Shown piece by piece: positions 18,141-26,737 of a stretch of DNA of 63,889 bases (the first letter of the stretch is position 1; each line of letters opens with the position of its first letter). The stretch lies in the NCBI GenBank assembly GCA_040755315.1, contig JBFMBF010000004.1, forward strand, positions 1 through 63,889, in the 5' to 3' direction. The stretch is from Candidatus Hadarchaeota archaeon (GTDB taxonomy: Archaea; Hadarchaeota; Hadarchaeia; Hadarchaeales; Hadarchaeaceae). Position numbers and translations under genes: made by a program. The notes under the pieces are model-generated. The model saw nothing but the letters and a program-made list of their open reading frames with translations. It was not told the DNA's origin and did no database searches.

Positions 18141-19325
18141 ATGAAAGTAGTTCTGGCCTACTCCGGAGGTCTGGATACCTCGGTCGTCATCCGCCTCCTC
18201 CAGGACAAGTGGCATGCTGATGTCGTGACCGTCTCTGTGGACGTCGGGCAGGACCAGAAGGAGCTCAAGGAGATTGGCGAAAAAGCCGAAAAGCTTGGAG
18301 TAATCAAGCACGTTCACGTCGATGCGAAAAAGGAATTTGTGGAGAACTACCTGTTCCCCAGCATCAAGGCCAATGGGATATACGAGGGCTACCCGCTCTC
18401 CACGGCCCTGGCCCGGTACCCAATCGCTGCTGCGACCGTCAAGGTGGCAAAGAAGGTGAAAGCCGATGCCGTTGCCCACGGCTGCACAGGAAAAGGAAAC
18501 GACCAGTTCCGCTTCGACACGACAATCTCAATGCTCGCCCCGAACATGAAGATAATCGCGCCTGTCAGGGAGCTCAACCTTGACAGGAAGTGGGAGATAG
18601 ACTACGCGAAGCAGCACGGAATTCCCGTCCCTGTGGATATGGGCAAGCCGTACAGCATTGACGAAAACATGTGGGGCCGCTCGATAGAGGGCGGGATACT
18701 CGAGAACCCGGAGCAGGCCCCGCCGGAGGATATCTATGCCTGGACAAAGTCTCCCGAAAGCGCCCCGGCAAAGCCAAGGGTTGTGAAGATAACTTTCAAA
18801 AATGGTGTGCCAGTCGGACTGGACGGAGGGAAGATTGACGGAATAAAGCTCATCAGCAGGATGAACCACTTGGCCGGGGAGCATGGAATCGGCAGGATAG
18901 ACATGATGGAGGACCGGGTGCTTGGGCTGAAGGCCAGGGAAAACTACGAGGCACCAGCCGCGACCGTCATCCTCCAGGCCCACAAGGCCCTCGAGCAGCT
19001 TGTGCTGACAAAACAGGAGCTGGCATTCAAGACTGTTGTGGATCAACTGTGGGCCGACCTCGCCTACAGCGGACTCTGGTTTGACCCATTGAGGGAGGAC
19101 CTTGACGCGTTCATAGGTTTTACCCAGAAGCGGGTGACGGGGAAGGTTGGTGTGGAGTTCAACCGCGGCTTCTCCCGCGTGGTCATGAGGAGCTCTCCCT
19201 TCTCACTTTATGATGAGGAGCTTGTGTCGTTCGAGAAGTTCGGGTTCGACCAGAGGGACGCCGCAGGGATGATAAAGTTCCACGCGCTGCAGGGGAAAAT
19301 CCTGCGGAAGAGGAAGGGTGCCTGA
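18141..19325 (+). CDS. argG: argininosuccinate synthase
   Basis: MKVVLAYSGGLDTSV N-terminal ATP-PPase motif with family-wide similarity along the length. ATG 18141 is preceded by GGTGAT. The ORF track extends to 18084. Confidence 0.95.
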   Translation: MKVVLAYSGGLDTSVVIRLLQDKWHADVVTVSVDVGQDQKELKEIGEKAEKLGVIKHVHVDAKKEFVENYLFPSIKANGIYEGYPLSTALARYPIAAATVKVAKKVKADAVAHGCTGKGNDQFRFDTTISMLAPNMKIIAPVRELNLDRKWEIDYAKQHGIPVPVDMGKPYSIDENMWGRSIEGGILENPEQAPPEDIYAWTKSPESAPAKPRVVKITFKNGVPVGLDGGKIDGIKLISRMNHLAGEHGIGRIDMMEDRVLGLKARENYEAPAATVILQAHKALEQLVLTKQELAFKTVVDQLWADLAYSGLWFDPLREDLDAFIGFTQKRVTGKVGVEFNRGFSRVVMRSSPFSLYDEELVSFEKFGFDQRDAAGMIKFHALQGKILRKRKGA

Positions 19326-20806
19326 TGCTCCGCCGCGGGAGGTTCGGGGGGGAAAAGGATCCACTCGCCGAAGAATTTACCTCCTCAATGAAGGCGGATC
19401 CCCGGATTTTTTGTCAGGTTGTCCAGATTAACATCGCGCATGTGATGATGCTGGCCGAGAGAGGAATAATCCCTGCCAAGGACGCGTCAGCTATTCTGAA
19501 GGCGCTTCTTGAGCTCCACGGGAAAAAGATGCAGGAGCTTGACCTGAGGCCAGAGCTTGAGGACGTTCACATTGTGGTGGAGAAGTTCGTGAGCGACGCC
19601 GTCGGGGAGGAGGTCGGCGGGAGGATGCACACGGCAAAAAGCAGGAACGACCAGGTCTCGACCGCCATCAGGATGGCCCTGAGGAAGGAGCTGCTTGAAG
19701 TGGAGGAGAAAGCGCTTGGGCTGGTGAAGGCCCTGCTGCAGCTCGCGGACAAAAACATCAACACAATCATGCCGGGTTACACCCACACGCAGATCGCCCA
19801 GCCCACGACTTTCTCGCATTGGCTAGCCGCCCATGCCTTCGCCATTCTGAGGGACGCCGGGAGACTCGAAAGGGCCTACGAGACGGCGAACTCATGCCCG
19901 CTGGGGGCCTGCGCCTTCGCCGGCACAAGCTTCCCGATCGACAGGGCGAGGGTCTCCCACATGCTCGGGTTCAAACGGGTGACGGAGAACACCATGGATT
20001 CTGTTGGGTCGCGCGACTTTGCCCTCGAAGCCATGGGCGCCCTGGCCATCGCTGCGGCAGACCTTAGCAGATTGGCGTCGGAGCTGATACTCTGGAGCAC
20101 GCCCGAGTTCAACCTGATCTCGCTACCCGACGAGTTCTCGGCCACGAGCAGCATCATGCCGCAGAAGAAGAACGCGGAGGTGGCGGAGATTGCCCGGGCC
20201 AAGGCCGGCGCCGTCATTGGCAACCTCGCGGGGGGGATTGCTCTGATGAAAGCCCTCCCTCAGGCTTACAACTTGGACTTCCAAGAACTCACTCCAGTGC
20301 TGTGGAGCTCCGTGGATGGGGTGAAAGATACTTTTGCAGTCATGGCGAAGCTCATGGAGAAAATCACGCCAAACAAGGAGGTCATGAGGAAGCGGGCGGA
20401 GGAAGGGTTTTCAACCGCTACAGAACTGGCGGACCTCTTGGTTAAGGGGGCCGGCCTGCCGTTCAGGAGCGCCCACGCCGTCGTCGGGAAGGTCGTCGCT
20501 GACGCCATGGATGCTGGGAAAAACATCAGAGAAATCGGGGCCGAGGAACTGAAGGCCGCGTCGAAGGAGGTTCTTAAGAAAGAAATTAGTTTGGATCCTA
20601 CAGAGCTCAAGGCCGCGCTCGACCCGGCGGAGTGCGTCCGTGCGAGGGTGCTGCCGGGAGGGCCTGCTCCGAAGGCCATGCAGGTGCAGGTGGGGGAGAT
20701 CAGGCGCCAGATCAAGTACCTCGAAAAGATCGTCAACGCGAGAAATAAGGCGCTTAAGAAGGCTGAAACCAAGCTCCTCAAGGAGGCAAAGGGGCGGGCA
20801 AAATGA
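19325..20806 (+). CDS. argH: argininosuccinate lyase
   Basis: Fumarate-lyase signature region GSSIMPQKKN-like (TSSIMPQKKNAEVAE). The start overlaps the argG stop (TGATG). Confidence 0.95.
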   Translation: MLRRGRFGGEKDPLAEEFTSSMKADPRIFCQVVQINIAHVMMLAERGIIPAKDASAILKALLELHGKKMQELDLRPELEDVHIVVEKFVSDAVGEEVGGRMHTAKSRNDQVSTAIRMALRKELLEVEEKALGLVKALLQLADKNINTIMPGYTHTQIAQPTTFSHWLAAHAFAILRDAGRLERAYETANSCPLGACAFAGTSFPIDRARVSHMLGFKRVTENTMDSVGSRDFALEAMGALAIAAADLSRLASELILWSTPEFNLISLPDEFSATSSIMPQKKNAEVAEIARAKAGAVIGNLAGGIALMKALPQAYNLDFQELTPVLWSSVDGVKDTFAVMAKLMEKITPNKEVMRKRAEEGFSTATELADLLVKGAGLPFRSAHAVVGKVVADAMDAGKNIREIGAEELKAASKEVLKKEISLDPTELKAALDPAECVRARVLPGGPAPKAMQVQVGEIRRQIKYLEKIVNARNKALKKAETKLLKEAKGRAK

Positions 20807-21828
20807 TAAAAGTCTCTATCATCGGGGCCTCGGGGTATACTGGTGGGGAACTGCTCCGGCTGCTGGCGACTCACCCTGAAGTTGAAATGGAAGGCGTATA
20901 CGGCTTCAGCAGCATCGGGAAATCATTGTTGGACGTCCATCCGCACCTCCGCGGAATTTATGATTTGGCGATTGCCGAGCCGGATTACGGGAAGATAGGG
21001 AAGCAGGCCGACTTAGTTTTTGTGGCCGCGCCGCACGGTGTCGCCATGAAGTTCGTTCCGAAGCTTCTTGAGGGTGGGGCCAGGGTGGTCGACCTTGGCG
21101 CCGACTACCGGCTGGAAGATGTCAAGGTGTTCGAGAAATACTACACGAAGCATGAAAGCCCTGATTTGAAGGGAGTCTACGGGCTGCCAGAGTTGCACCG
21201 CGAGGAGATAAAGAGGGCTAAGCTGGTCGCGAACCCGGGCTGCTTTTCGGTGGGCGCCATTCTTAGTCTGGCGCCTCTCGTCAAAAAGGGACTGGTGGAT
21301 CTGGACCACATCGTCATAGACTCAAAGACCGGGACATCGGGCGCGGGGGGAACGCCGAGCGAGCGGACGCACCACCCTGTGGCCGGGGTAAACGTCCAGG
21401 TCTATGCCGCAACCACGCACAGGCACACCCCGGAGATAAATCAGGAGCTGGGGAAGCTGGCGGGGCAGAAAGTCACGGCCCACTTCACGCCGCACCTCAT
21501 CCCAATCGTCAGGGGGATCCTTTCAACGGCACACGTTTTCATGAAGAAGCCGCTGGACGTGAAGGCGCTGCAGGACATCTACAAGGACTTTTACTCGAAC
21601 GAGCCTTTCGTGAGGGTGGTGGATGGGCTGCCTCAGGTCAACTTCGTTGTGGGCTCCAACTACTGTGACATCGGGATGGAACTGGAAGCGCAGGGCGACA
21701 GGCTGGTGGCTGTAGCGGCGATAGACAACCTCGTGAAGGGCGCGGCTGGGCAAGCCGTACAAAATATGAATGTGATGTTCGGGTTTGACGAGAGAGAAGG
21801 ACTCAGGGGGGCGCCGCTCCGGCCCTGA
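20803..21828 (+). CDS. argC: N-acetyl-gamma-glutamyl-phosphate reductase
   Basis: N-terminus KVSIIGASGYTGGELLRLL, active-site region ANPGCFS, and a 4-nt overlap with argH. Confidence 0.9.
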   Translation: MIKVSIIGASGYTGGELLRLLATHPEVEMEGVYGFSSIGKSLLDVHPHLRGIYDLAIAEPDYGKIGKQADLVFVAAPHGVAMKFVPKLLEGGARVVDLGADYRLEDVKVFEKYYTKHESPDLKGVYGLPELHREEIKRAKLVANPGCFSVGAILSLAPLVKKGLVDLDHIVIDSKTGTSGAGGTPSERTHHPVAGVNVQVYAATTHRHTPEINQELGKLAGQKVTAHFTPHLIPIVRGILSTAHVFMKKPLDVKALQDIYKDFYSNEPFVRVVDGLPQVNFVVGSNYCDIGMELEAQGDRLVAVAAIDNLVKGAAGQAVQNMNVMFGFDEREGLRGAPLRP

Positions 21829-21842
21829 CCAACCTCTTTGGA

Positions 21843-22733
21843 TTATTCTTTGTTTTTTTCAGGTGTCTCTCGTCTCAGGAGCTTTCTAAAAAACCTGTGG
21901 ACACGCTGTTTCAGGGTGCTTTCTCCACCTTCCAAAAACTTTTCCACAAGTTCTGGCTCTTTCATCCCCGGCTTCAGGAAAGAGATGAAGACCATCCCAG
22001 CCAGGAACCCCGTGATGTGGGCCCAGTAGCCAACCCCCTTAAGGACGACCACGCCCTGGGCGACCTCCACCCCCTCGAATCCCTTCAGCAGCTGGTAGGC
22101 AAGGTAGGCTAGGGAAAATGGCCAAATCGGCACCGGGATGAGGAAGAGGATGAGGAACACCACGAGGTATGTGGTTATTATTGTCGAGATTGCCGCCCAG
22201 CCCGGCAGAAAGAGTGCTATAATGGGCCAAATCAGAATTATCAGGTAGCCAAGCGGGCCCGTCTGCCAGGGGTAAGCAAGGTAGGCCGCGCCAATTATTC
22301 CAGAGATTGCGGCGGAGGCCCCGACCATCGGGACATCGTAACCCGGGCTTATGGCGGTGGTGAGCAGGAGGGCCATCACGTGGGTGGCGAAATAAATGAA
22401 AACAAACCTCCTGAACCCGATCTTCTTCTCCAGGATGAAGCCGAACGCCAGCAGGGAGACGACATTTCCAAGGAGATGGACCAGATTCACGTGGATGAAG
22501 ACGGACGCCAGCACTGACGGGATGGCCTCGCCGCGGGCCAGCGCCGCCGGGCGGAAGCCGTAGTCCTGGGCGGCCTGCGAGAGGAGCCCGCCGCTCTCGA
22601 GCAGCAGGAAGACAATCACGTTCGCCGCCGTGAGGATCAGCGTCGCCATGGGGATGGACTTGATCACCCGCAGTATCGACGTCAGCTGATGCTTGAGCCT
22701 GGCCTTCATCAAAACTACTTTGGGCCTCTGCAA
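21843..22733 (-). CDS. rhomboid family intramembrane serine protease (catalytic residues intact)
   Basis: TM2 motif FIHVNLVHLLGN, catalytic GxSxxxxG (VGASAAISGIIGA) and catalytic His (GYWAHITGFLAG). Confidence 0.85.
   Translation of the reverse strand: MQRPKVVLMKARLKHQLTSILRVIKSIPMATLILTAANVIVFLLLESGGLLSQAAQDYGFRPAALARGEAIPSVLASVFIHVNLVHLLGNVVSLLAFGFILEKKIGFRRFVFIYFATHVMALLLTTAISPGYDVPMVGASAAISGIIGAAYLAYPWQTGPLGYLIILIWPIIALFLPGWAAISTIITTYLVVFLILFLIPVPIWPFSLAYLAYQLLKGFEGVEVAQGVVVLKGVGYWAHITGFLAGMVFISFLKPGMKEPELVEKFLEGGESTLKQRVHRFFRKLLRRETPEKNKE
21853..21859 (+). terminator. oligo-T tract (T7) 25 nt after the argC stop
   Basis: TGTTTTTTTC read directly. Archaeal termination commonly uses oligo-T. 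The tract also lies inside the 3' end of the convergent rhomboid gene. Confidence 0.3.
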
Positions 22734-22768
22734 TTAACGGTTGCTTACGAGACTTTCGCGCCGGACGC

Positions 22769-23443
22769 TCAGGTGAACCTGAAGCTCTGGACCATATTTT
22801 CAAACTCCATCTCAAGATTGCGGAAATCTCCCATTTTGTACACCTGGGTTGGGGCATATTGCGGATTTACGGAAGGATCCAGGTAAGGTGCCGTGAAAAC
22901 CAAAGCGTAAAAGTACCCTCCTTTCGATGCAACTTTCGCCTTGACATTTCCAACGATGTAATCTGGATAAGGTTTAAAGCAAATGTTTGCAGCGGACTCC
23001 AAGGCGTTTTCTCCTCCAAGCTGGCCCCACTGCGTGGAAATGTCTCCCAAAGTGAAATGTGTGGCAGAATACACTTCCAATGTGGTGTTCTCGACTTGTA
23101 AAGCAAAACTCTCAGGCGACGCATTTTCTTCTGCTCTTTGTGTAATCACAAACAAGTAACCTCCAAAGACACTGTTTGGGTAATCTTTCTCAAACACCGT
23201 GAACAACGTTGAGCCGGGATAGTCCCTTTCATAACTTTTCTTCCAGCCCTCCGCTACATCAAACGTGAAACCCCAAGCTGGTTTGGAGTAAACACTTGAA
23301 GCTGCTGAAATCTGCCGTACCGCAGGAATCGTTAGAACCAGAACCACCACGATTATTCCTATGATTAACGCGAGCACAAGATACGGCTTGATATTGCGCT
23401 GCTTTAGGTCATAATATTCTGTTGGAGGAATGTACTGATTCAC
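22769..23443 (-). CDS. single-pass (N-in) membrane protein, paralog A, unknown ectodomain
   Basis: The short N-terminus MNQYIPPTEYYDLKQRNIKPY is followed by the TM LVLALIIGIIVVVLVLTIP and then YSKPAWGF... It is a clear paralog of 24237..24902, sharing NQY.PP, YSKPAWG, GGEN.LE and MVQS.RF. Confidence 0.6.
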   Translation of the reverse strand: MNQYIPPTEYYDLKQRNIKPYLVLALIIGIIVVVLVLTIPAVRQISAASSVYSKPAWGFTFDVAEGWKKSYERDYPGSTLFTVFEKDYPNSVFGGYLFVITQRAEENASPESFALQVENTTLEVYSATHFTLGDISTQWGQLGGENALESAANICFKPYPDYIVGNVKAKVASKGGYFYALVFTAPYLDPSVNPQYAPTQVYKMGDFRNLEMEFENMVQSFRFT

Positions 23444-23490
23444 AGATACTCCAAATAATGTTCTGAAAACTTTGTAATTAGCTTAACTGA

Positions 23491-24165
23491 TTAATGGGGT
23501 TTTGGACCACTCTCCGCCGCCTTTTCCGGCCCCTTCTGCCTCAGCAGCAGATAAGCGGGAATTCCAACCAGCCCCAAAAGGTTCACCAGAACCCCGCCCG
23601 CCAAAACCTGGGCGCTCATCCAGTAGAGTCCTATGCCAAGCTGGAGCACCGTCCATGCGACAAGAAACGGGAGCAACGGAACTTCCGTGTCTGGAAATAG
23701 GACGAATATGACAATGGGCGGCGCGAACGCCAAGGTTATGTAACTAATCAGAGTTCCGAAAGTCGCCGACGACCCCAAAAAAGCAAAATATGCCATCCCT
23801 GGAAGAGCCAGCAGAAGCGCGGGGAGCAGAGAAATTTCGTCGCTCGGGCAGGCCAGTATGCAGGCCCAGGCCACACCTGACACGGCCACAAGCGCCCCGA
23901 ATGTGGCATAAGGCGCGCCCGGAACCAACGCAAACGCAAGGAGCGAAGCAACCAAGCCTGAGAGTATGTAGACAGCGACGGACTTTACCGGGCCGATCTT
24001 CCGCTCAAGAAGCGACGCGAGCACCAGCAAGTAAAGCGTGCCAAGCCCTTGGACAACAACTTCAAGAGTTCCAGGCAACGGGGACAATGCAAGGATCACG
24101 ATGTTGGCGATTGCAAGCCCCAACGCGGCGATTGGAAACCCAGTTATTCTCTTCAAGTCGACCAC
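23491..24165 (-). CDS. rhomboid-like pseudoprotease (both catalytic-dyad residues replaced)
   Basis: It aligns with the neighbouring rhomboids (LLERKIGP...). However, GASAAISG becomes GALVAVSG (Ser to Leu) and WAHLSG becomes LVNLLG (His to Asn). The HxxxxHxxxN segment of TM2 is missing. Confidence 0.65.
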   Translation of the reverse strand: MVDLKRITGFPIAALGLAIANIVILALSPLPGTLEVVVQGLGTLYLLVLASLLERKIGPVKSVAVYILSGLVASLLAFALVPGAPYATFGALVAVSGVAWACILACPSDEISLLPALLLALPGMAYFAFLGSSATFGTLISYITLAFAPPIVIFVLFPDTEVPLLPFLVAWTVLQLGIGLYWMSAQVLAGGVLVNLLGLVGIPAYLLLRQKGPEKAAESGPKPH

Positions 24166-24236
24166 AACTAAACTTCTGGCGGGCGTATTTAGCTTTCTAC
24201 ACGTGGCCCACTTTTTGATTCAGATACGCCGAACCG

Positions 24237-24902
24237 TCAGATGAACCTCACGCTCTGTACCATGCTTTTGAAATCTGACTCGAACTGCTGATAAAATTCG
24301 TACGCCGACGTGGAGGTATATGGAGGTTTGACGTAGACGTGATACGCATGAAAAACGAACGAGTAAAAGCGGTTGTCGTGCGATATGGTTTTAGAAATTG
24401 CTTTCCCTAGCGACTCTGTGTAAAAAGATATATCCGCAGACCACTCTAAGCCGTTCTCGCCGCCGACTGTACACGGTAGCTCTAAAATAGTGGTAACATT
24501 TATGGACGATGTTCCCCACCCGGTCTTTATGTAATTAATCAGCATGTTTCTTGCATTGTTCTCAAAATTTTCTAACGCTGTGTTTTCCCACACCGGCTCC
24601 GCCAGAATCCATGCCTCGCCCATGATGTACCCTTGACTGAACATCACGTATTTTGTTAACAGCTGGATGTTTGGGGAGTCTTCTTCAGACCATTTTTCCC
24701 AGCTCGAGGGGAACCGAAGCTCGAGGCCCCACGCGGGTTTTGAGTAAATTTGCCAAACGCTTATTCCTTTCATTAGCGGGATTATGAGTACGAGGACGGC
24801 GACGAGAACCGCAGCTACTAACACAAGCTTGGTGTATGGTCTGATGCGGCGCTTCACCTCATAATCTTCCACCGGAGGGAAGTACTGGTTCACAATCACC
24901 AA
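24237..24902 (-). CDS. single-pass (N-in) membrane protein, paralog B, unknown ectodomain
   Basis: N-terminus VNQYFPPVEDYEVKRRIRPY, a TM, then YSKPAWGL..., with the C-terminus FKSMVQSVRFI. Paralogous to 22769..23443. Confidence 0.6.
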   Translation of the reverse strand: MVIVNQYFPPVEDYEVKRRIRPYTKLVLVAAVLVAVLVLIIPLMKGISVWQIYSKPAWGLELRFPSSWEKWSEEDSPNIQLLTKYVMFSQGYIMGEAWILAEPVWENTALENFENNARNMLINYIKTGWGTSSINVTTILELPCTVGGENGLEWSADISFYTESLGKAISKTISHDNRFYSFVFHAYHVYVKPPYTSTSAYEFYQQFESDFKSMVQSVRFI

Positions 24903-24928
24903 AATAAATTAAAACTAACGTAATTAAC

Positions 24929-25705
24929 TTAACCAATCACCGGGATTTCGGCCTCGTGCTCCGTCACCTTTTTTCGGCCTTTTGGTATCAGCAGCAGGAA
25001 AAGCAGTAAACCCGCGATGAGGCCGGAGAGGTGCGCCCAGATTCCGCCCGCAAGACGGCCTACGCTTGTATAAAAAAGCCCCGCCCCTAGCTGAAACACC
25101 ATCCACGTGACAAGGAAAGGAAAGAGGATTACCGTGGTAAAGGGGGCTACAACAAAGGTAAGAATCGGAATTGCTGTGGAGAATATTATGTAAAGGCCAA
25201 TGGTTTCCACTGTCGCCGGAAAGGCGATAGAAATCATGAACGCCAGCCCAGGTAAAACCATCATAAGCGCGAACCCCAGCGGGATCCTGTCTGACATACA
25301 GCACAAAAAACATGCTCCAGCGATTCCTGAGATGGCAGCTGACGCGCCGAACATTACCGCGTTGTATCCCCACGCCATGGCGAGGACGAATACCGATGCG
25401 GCGAGGTCGGATGCAAAGTAGATTATGAGAAATTTTGCCGGGCCAATCTTTCGCTCCAGCAGATAACCTAGAACTGACAAGTACAGCATGTTTCCAAGAA
25501 GGTGACTTAAGTCGCCGTGAATAAATGAGGAAGTAATCAAAGTATGCAAGTCTTCGCCCCGCGCGATCGCCGGCGGCTTGAGGCCCCAAGTTTCTATAGC
25601 TGTCTCGAGTGTGCCAGAATTGTAGAACGCAGCAAAGACTACCACATTGATTAAAATCAGCACAAGCGTCGCCGTGGGTAGGTTCAGCTTTTCTATCCTC
25701 TCCAA
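24929..25705 (-). CDS. rhomboid family intramembrane serine protease (catalytic residues intact)
   Basis: Motifs FIHGDLSHLLGN, FGASAAISGIAGA and IWAHLSGLIAG. Confidence 0.85.
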   Translation of the reverse strand: MERIEKLNLPTATLVLILINVVVFAAFYNSGTLETAIETWGLKPPAIARGEDLHTLITSSFIHGDLSHLLGNMLYLSVLGYLLERKIGPAKFLIIYFASDLAASVFVLAMAWGYNAVMFGASAAISGIAGACFLCCMSDRIPLGFALMMVLPGLAFMISIAFPATVETIGLYIIFSTAIPILTFVVAPFTTVILFPFLVTWMVFQLGAGLFYTSVGRLAGGIWAHLSGLIAGLLLFLLLIPKGRKKVTEHEAEIPVIG

Positions 25706-25749
25706 GTCATCCTCCTGTTTTATTCATTTGCCAAACCAAACTATATAGT

Positions 25750-26610
25750 GTGGTGATGCACTCTCCAAACTGTAGCGTGGCGGGTCCCCAAAAATCACGA
25801 GCCCTATTCAGCGCGAGCGGGTGGGCCTATTTGAAGTTATTGGTTGTAATATTATTTGTCGGAATTTTCGTGGCTGCTCCTGTTTTAACAATTTTAGGGC
25901 GTTATCCTAACTCGGGAAAGCGTACATGGACCTGGCAAGATACAATGCAGGAGAATAATTTAATAACTGGAGAAAAAACTGCCAAAACAATAACTGTTGT
26001 GGGGGGGCACCTTGAAAATAGAACTGTTAGCGGCGAGAACTATGAAGTTTACAAGTTTGTTTACATGGACCGTTCAAACGATTATGTTTTAGTGTATTAT
26101 TCTCCTCCCAACGACAATAGGGTTTTTTGGCAAAAATTTGAAGAAATTTACCGCGATGGATCAAAAATATCCGAGAGAGTTTGGAGCAAACCTCTTTTGG
26201 AATATGAACTGCCTCCGCAGCCGGGAAACACTTTCTCGGATTCTACAGACTACACGTTCACTTATTTTGGCTATGGAGGATATTCCGGAAGCGGCCAAAT
26301 GATGATTTCCGTGGAGGTGGTTCGTAAAGAAAACGTGACTGTCCCTGCCGGCACCTTTGAATGTTATTTATTGCGCGCTTCCGTCTCCAGAACTTATAGT
26401 TCGACTGTTTCCGGCTCAACGATTCAAGGAAACGTAAGCTATGTGGAAAATATCTGGATTTCACCACAAAACCTTACTCAAGCAACTGAGTATCAAACCA
26501 CCTACGTTAAAACAGTGCGTGATGAGACAGACACGGCAACTAAGGGGGACCAAACCACTTACAATACGACAAGACACTACGAATCTGTATTGACTAATTA
26601 TGCTCCTTAA
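25750..26610 (+). CDS. membrane-anchored beta-rich protein of unknown function
   Basis: N-terminal TM LKLLVVILFVGIFVAAPVLTIL followed by a ~230-aa Tyr/Thr/Ser-rich ectodomain. By eye the gene is A/T-rich relative to the flanking arg genes. Confidence 0.5.
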   Translation: MVMHSPNCSVAGPQKSRALFSASGWAYLKLLVVILFVGIFVAAPVLTILGRYPNSGKRTWTWQDTMQENNLITGEKTAKTITVVGGHLENRTVSGENYEVYKFVYMDRSNDYVLVYYSPPNDNRVFWQKFEEIYRDGSKISERVWSKPLLEYELPPQPGNTFSDSTDYTFTYFGYGGYSGSGQMMISVEVVRKENVTVPAGTFECYLLRASVSRTYSSTVSGSTIQGNVSYVENIWISPQNLTQATEYQTTYVKTVRDETDTATKGDQTTYNTTRHYESVLTNYAP

Positions 26611-26737
26611 TGAATCAATGGATAAATTTACGTAGAAGCAAAACTTGGTTACGGCACACACAACTTTAAAATCACATTTGCGATGGGCCGACAAGACCAA
26701 CCTTTAAGAAAGCTGCGCCCATTTGAAATTTGAGCAG

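Noticed and set aside
22039-22857. 272-aa ORF overlapping the first rhomboid gene in another frame; the same applies to 24924..25589 over the third rhomboid
   Set aside because: The translations are Arg/Pro/Gly-rich and low in complexity. They lack motifs and lie wholly inside genes with clear rhomboid signatures. These are shadow ORFs.
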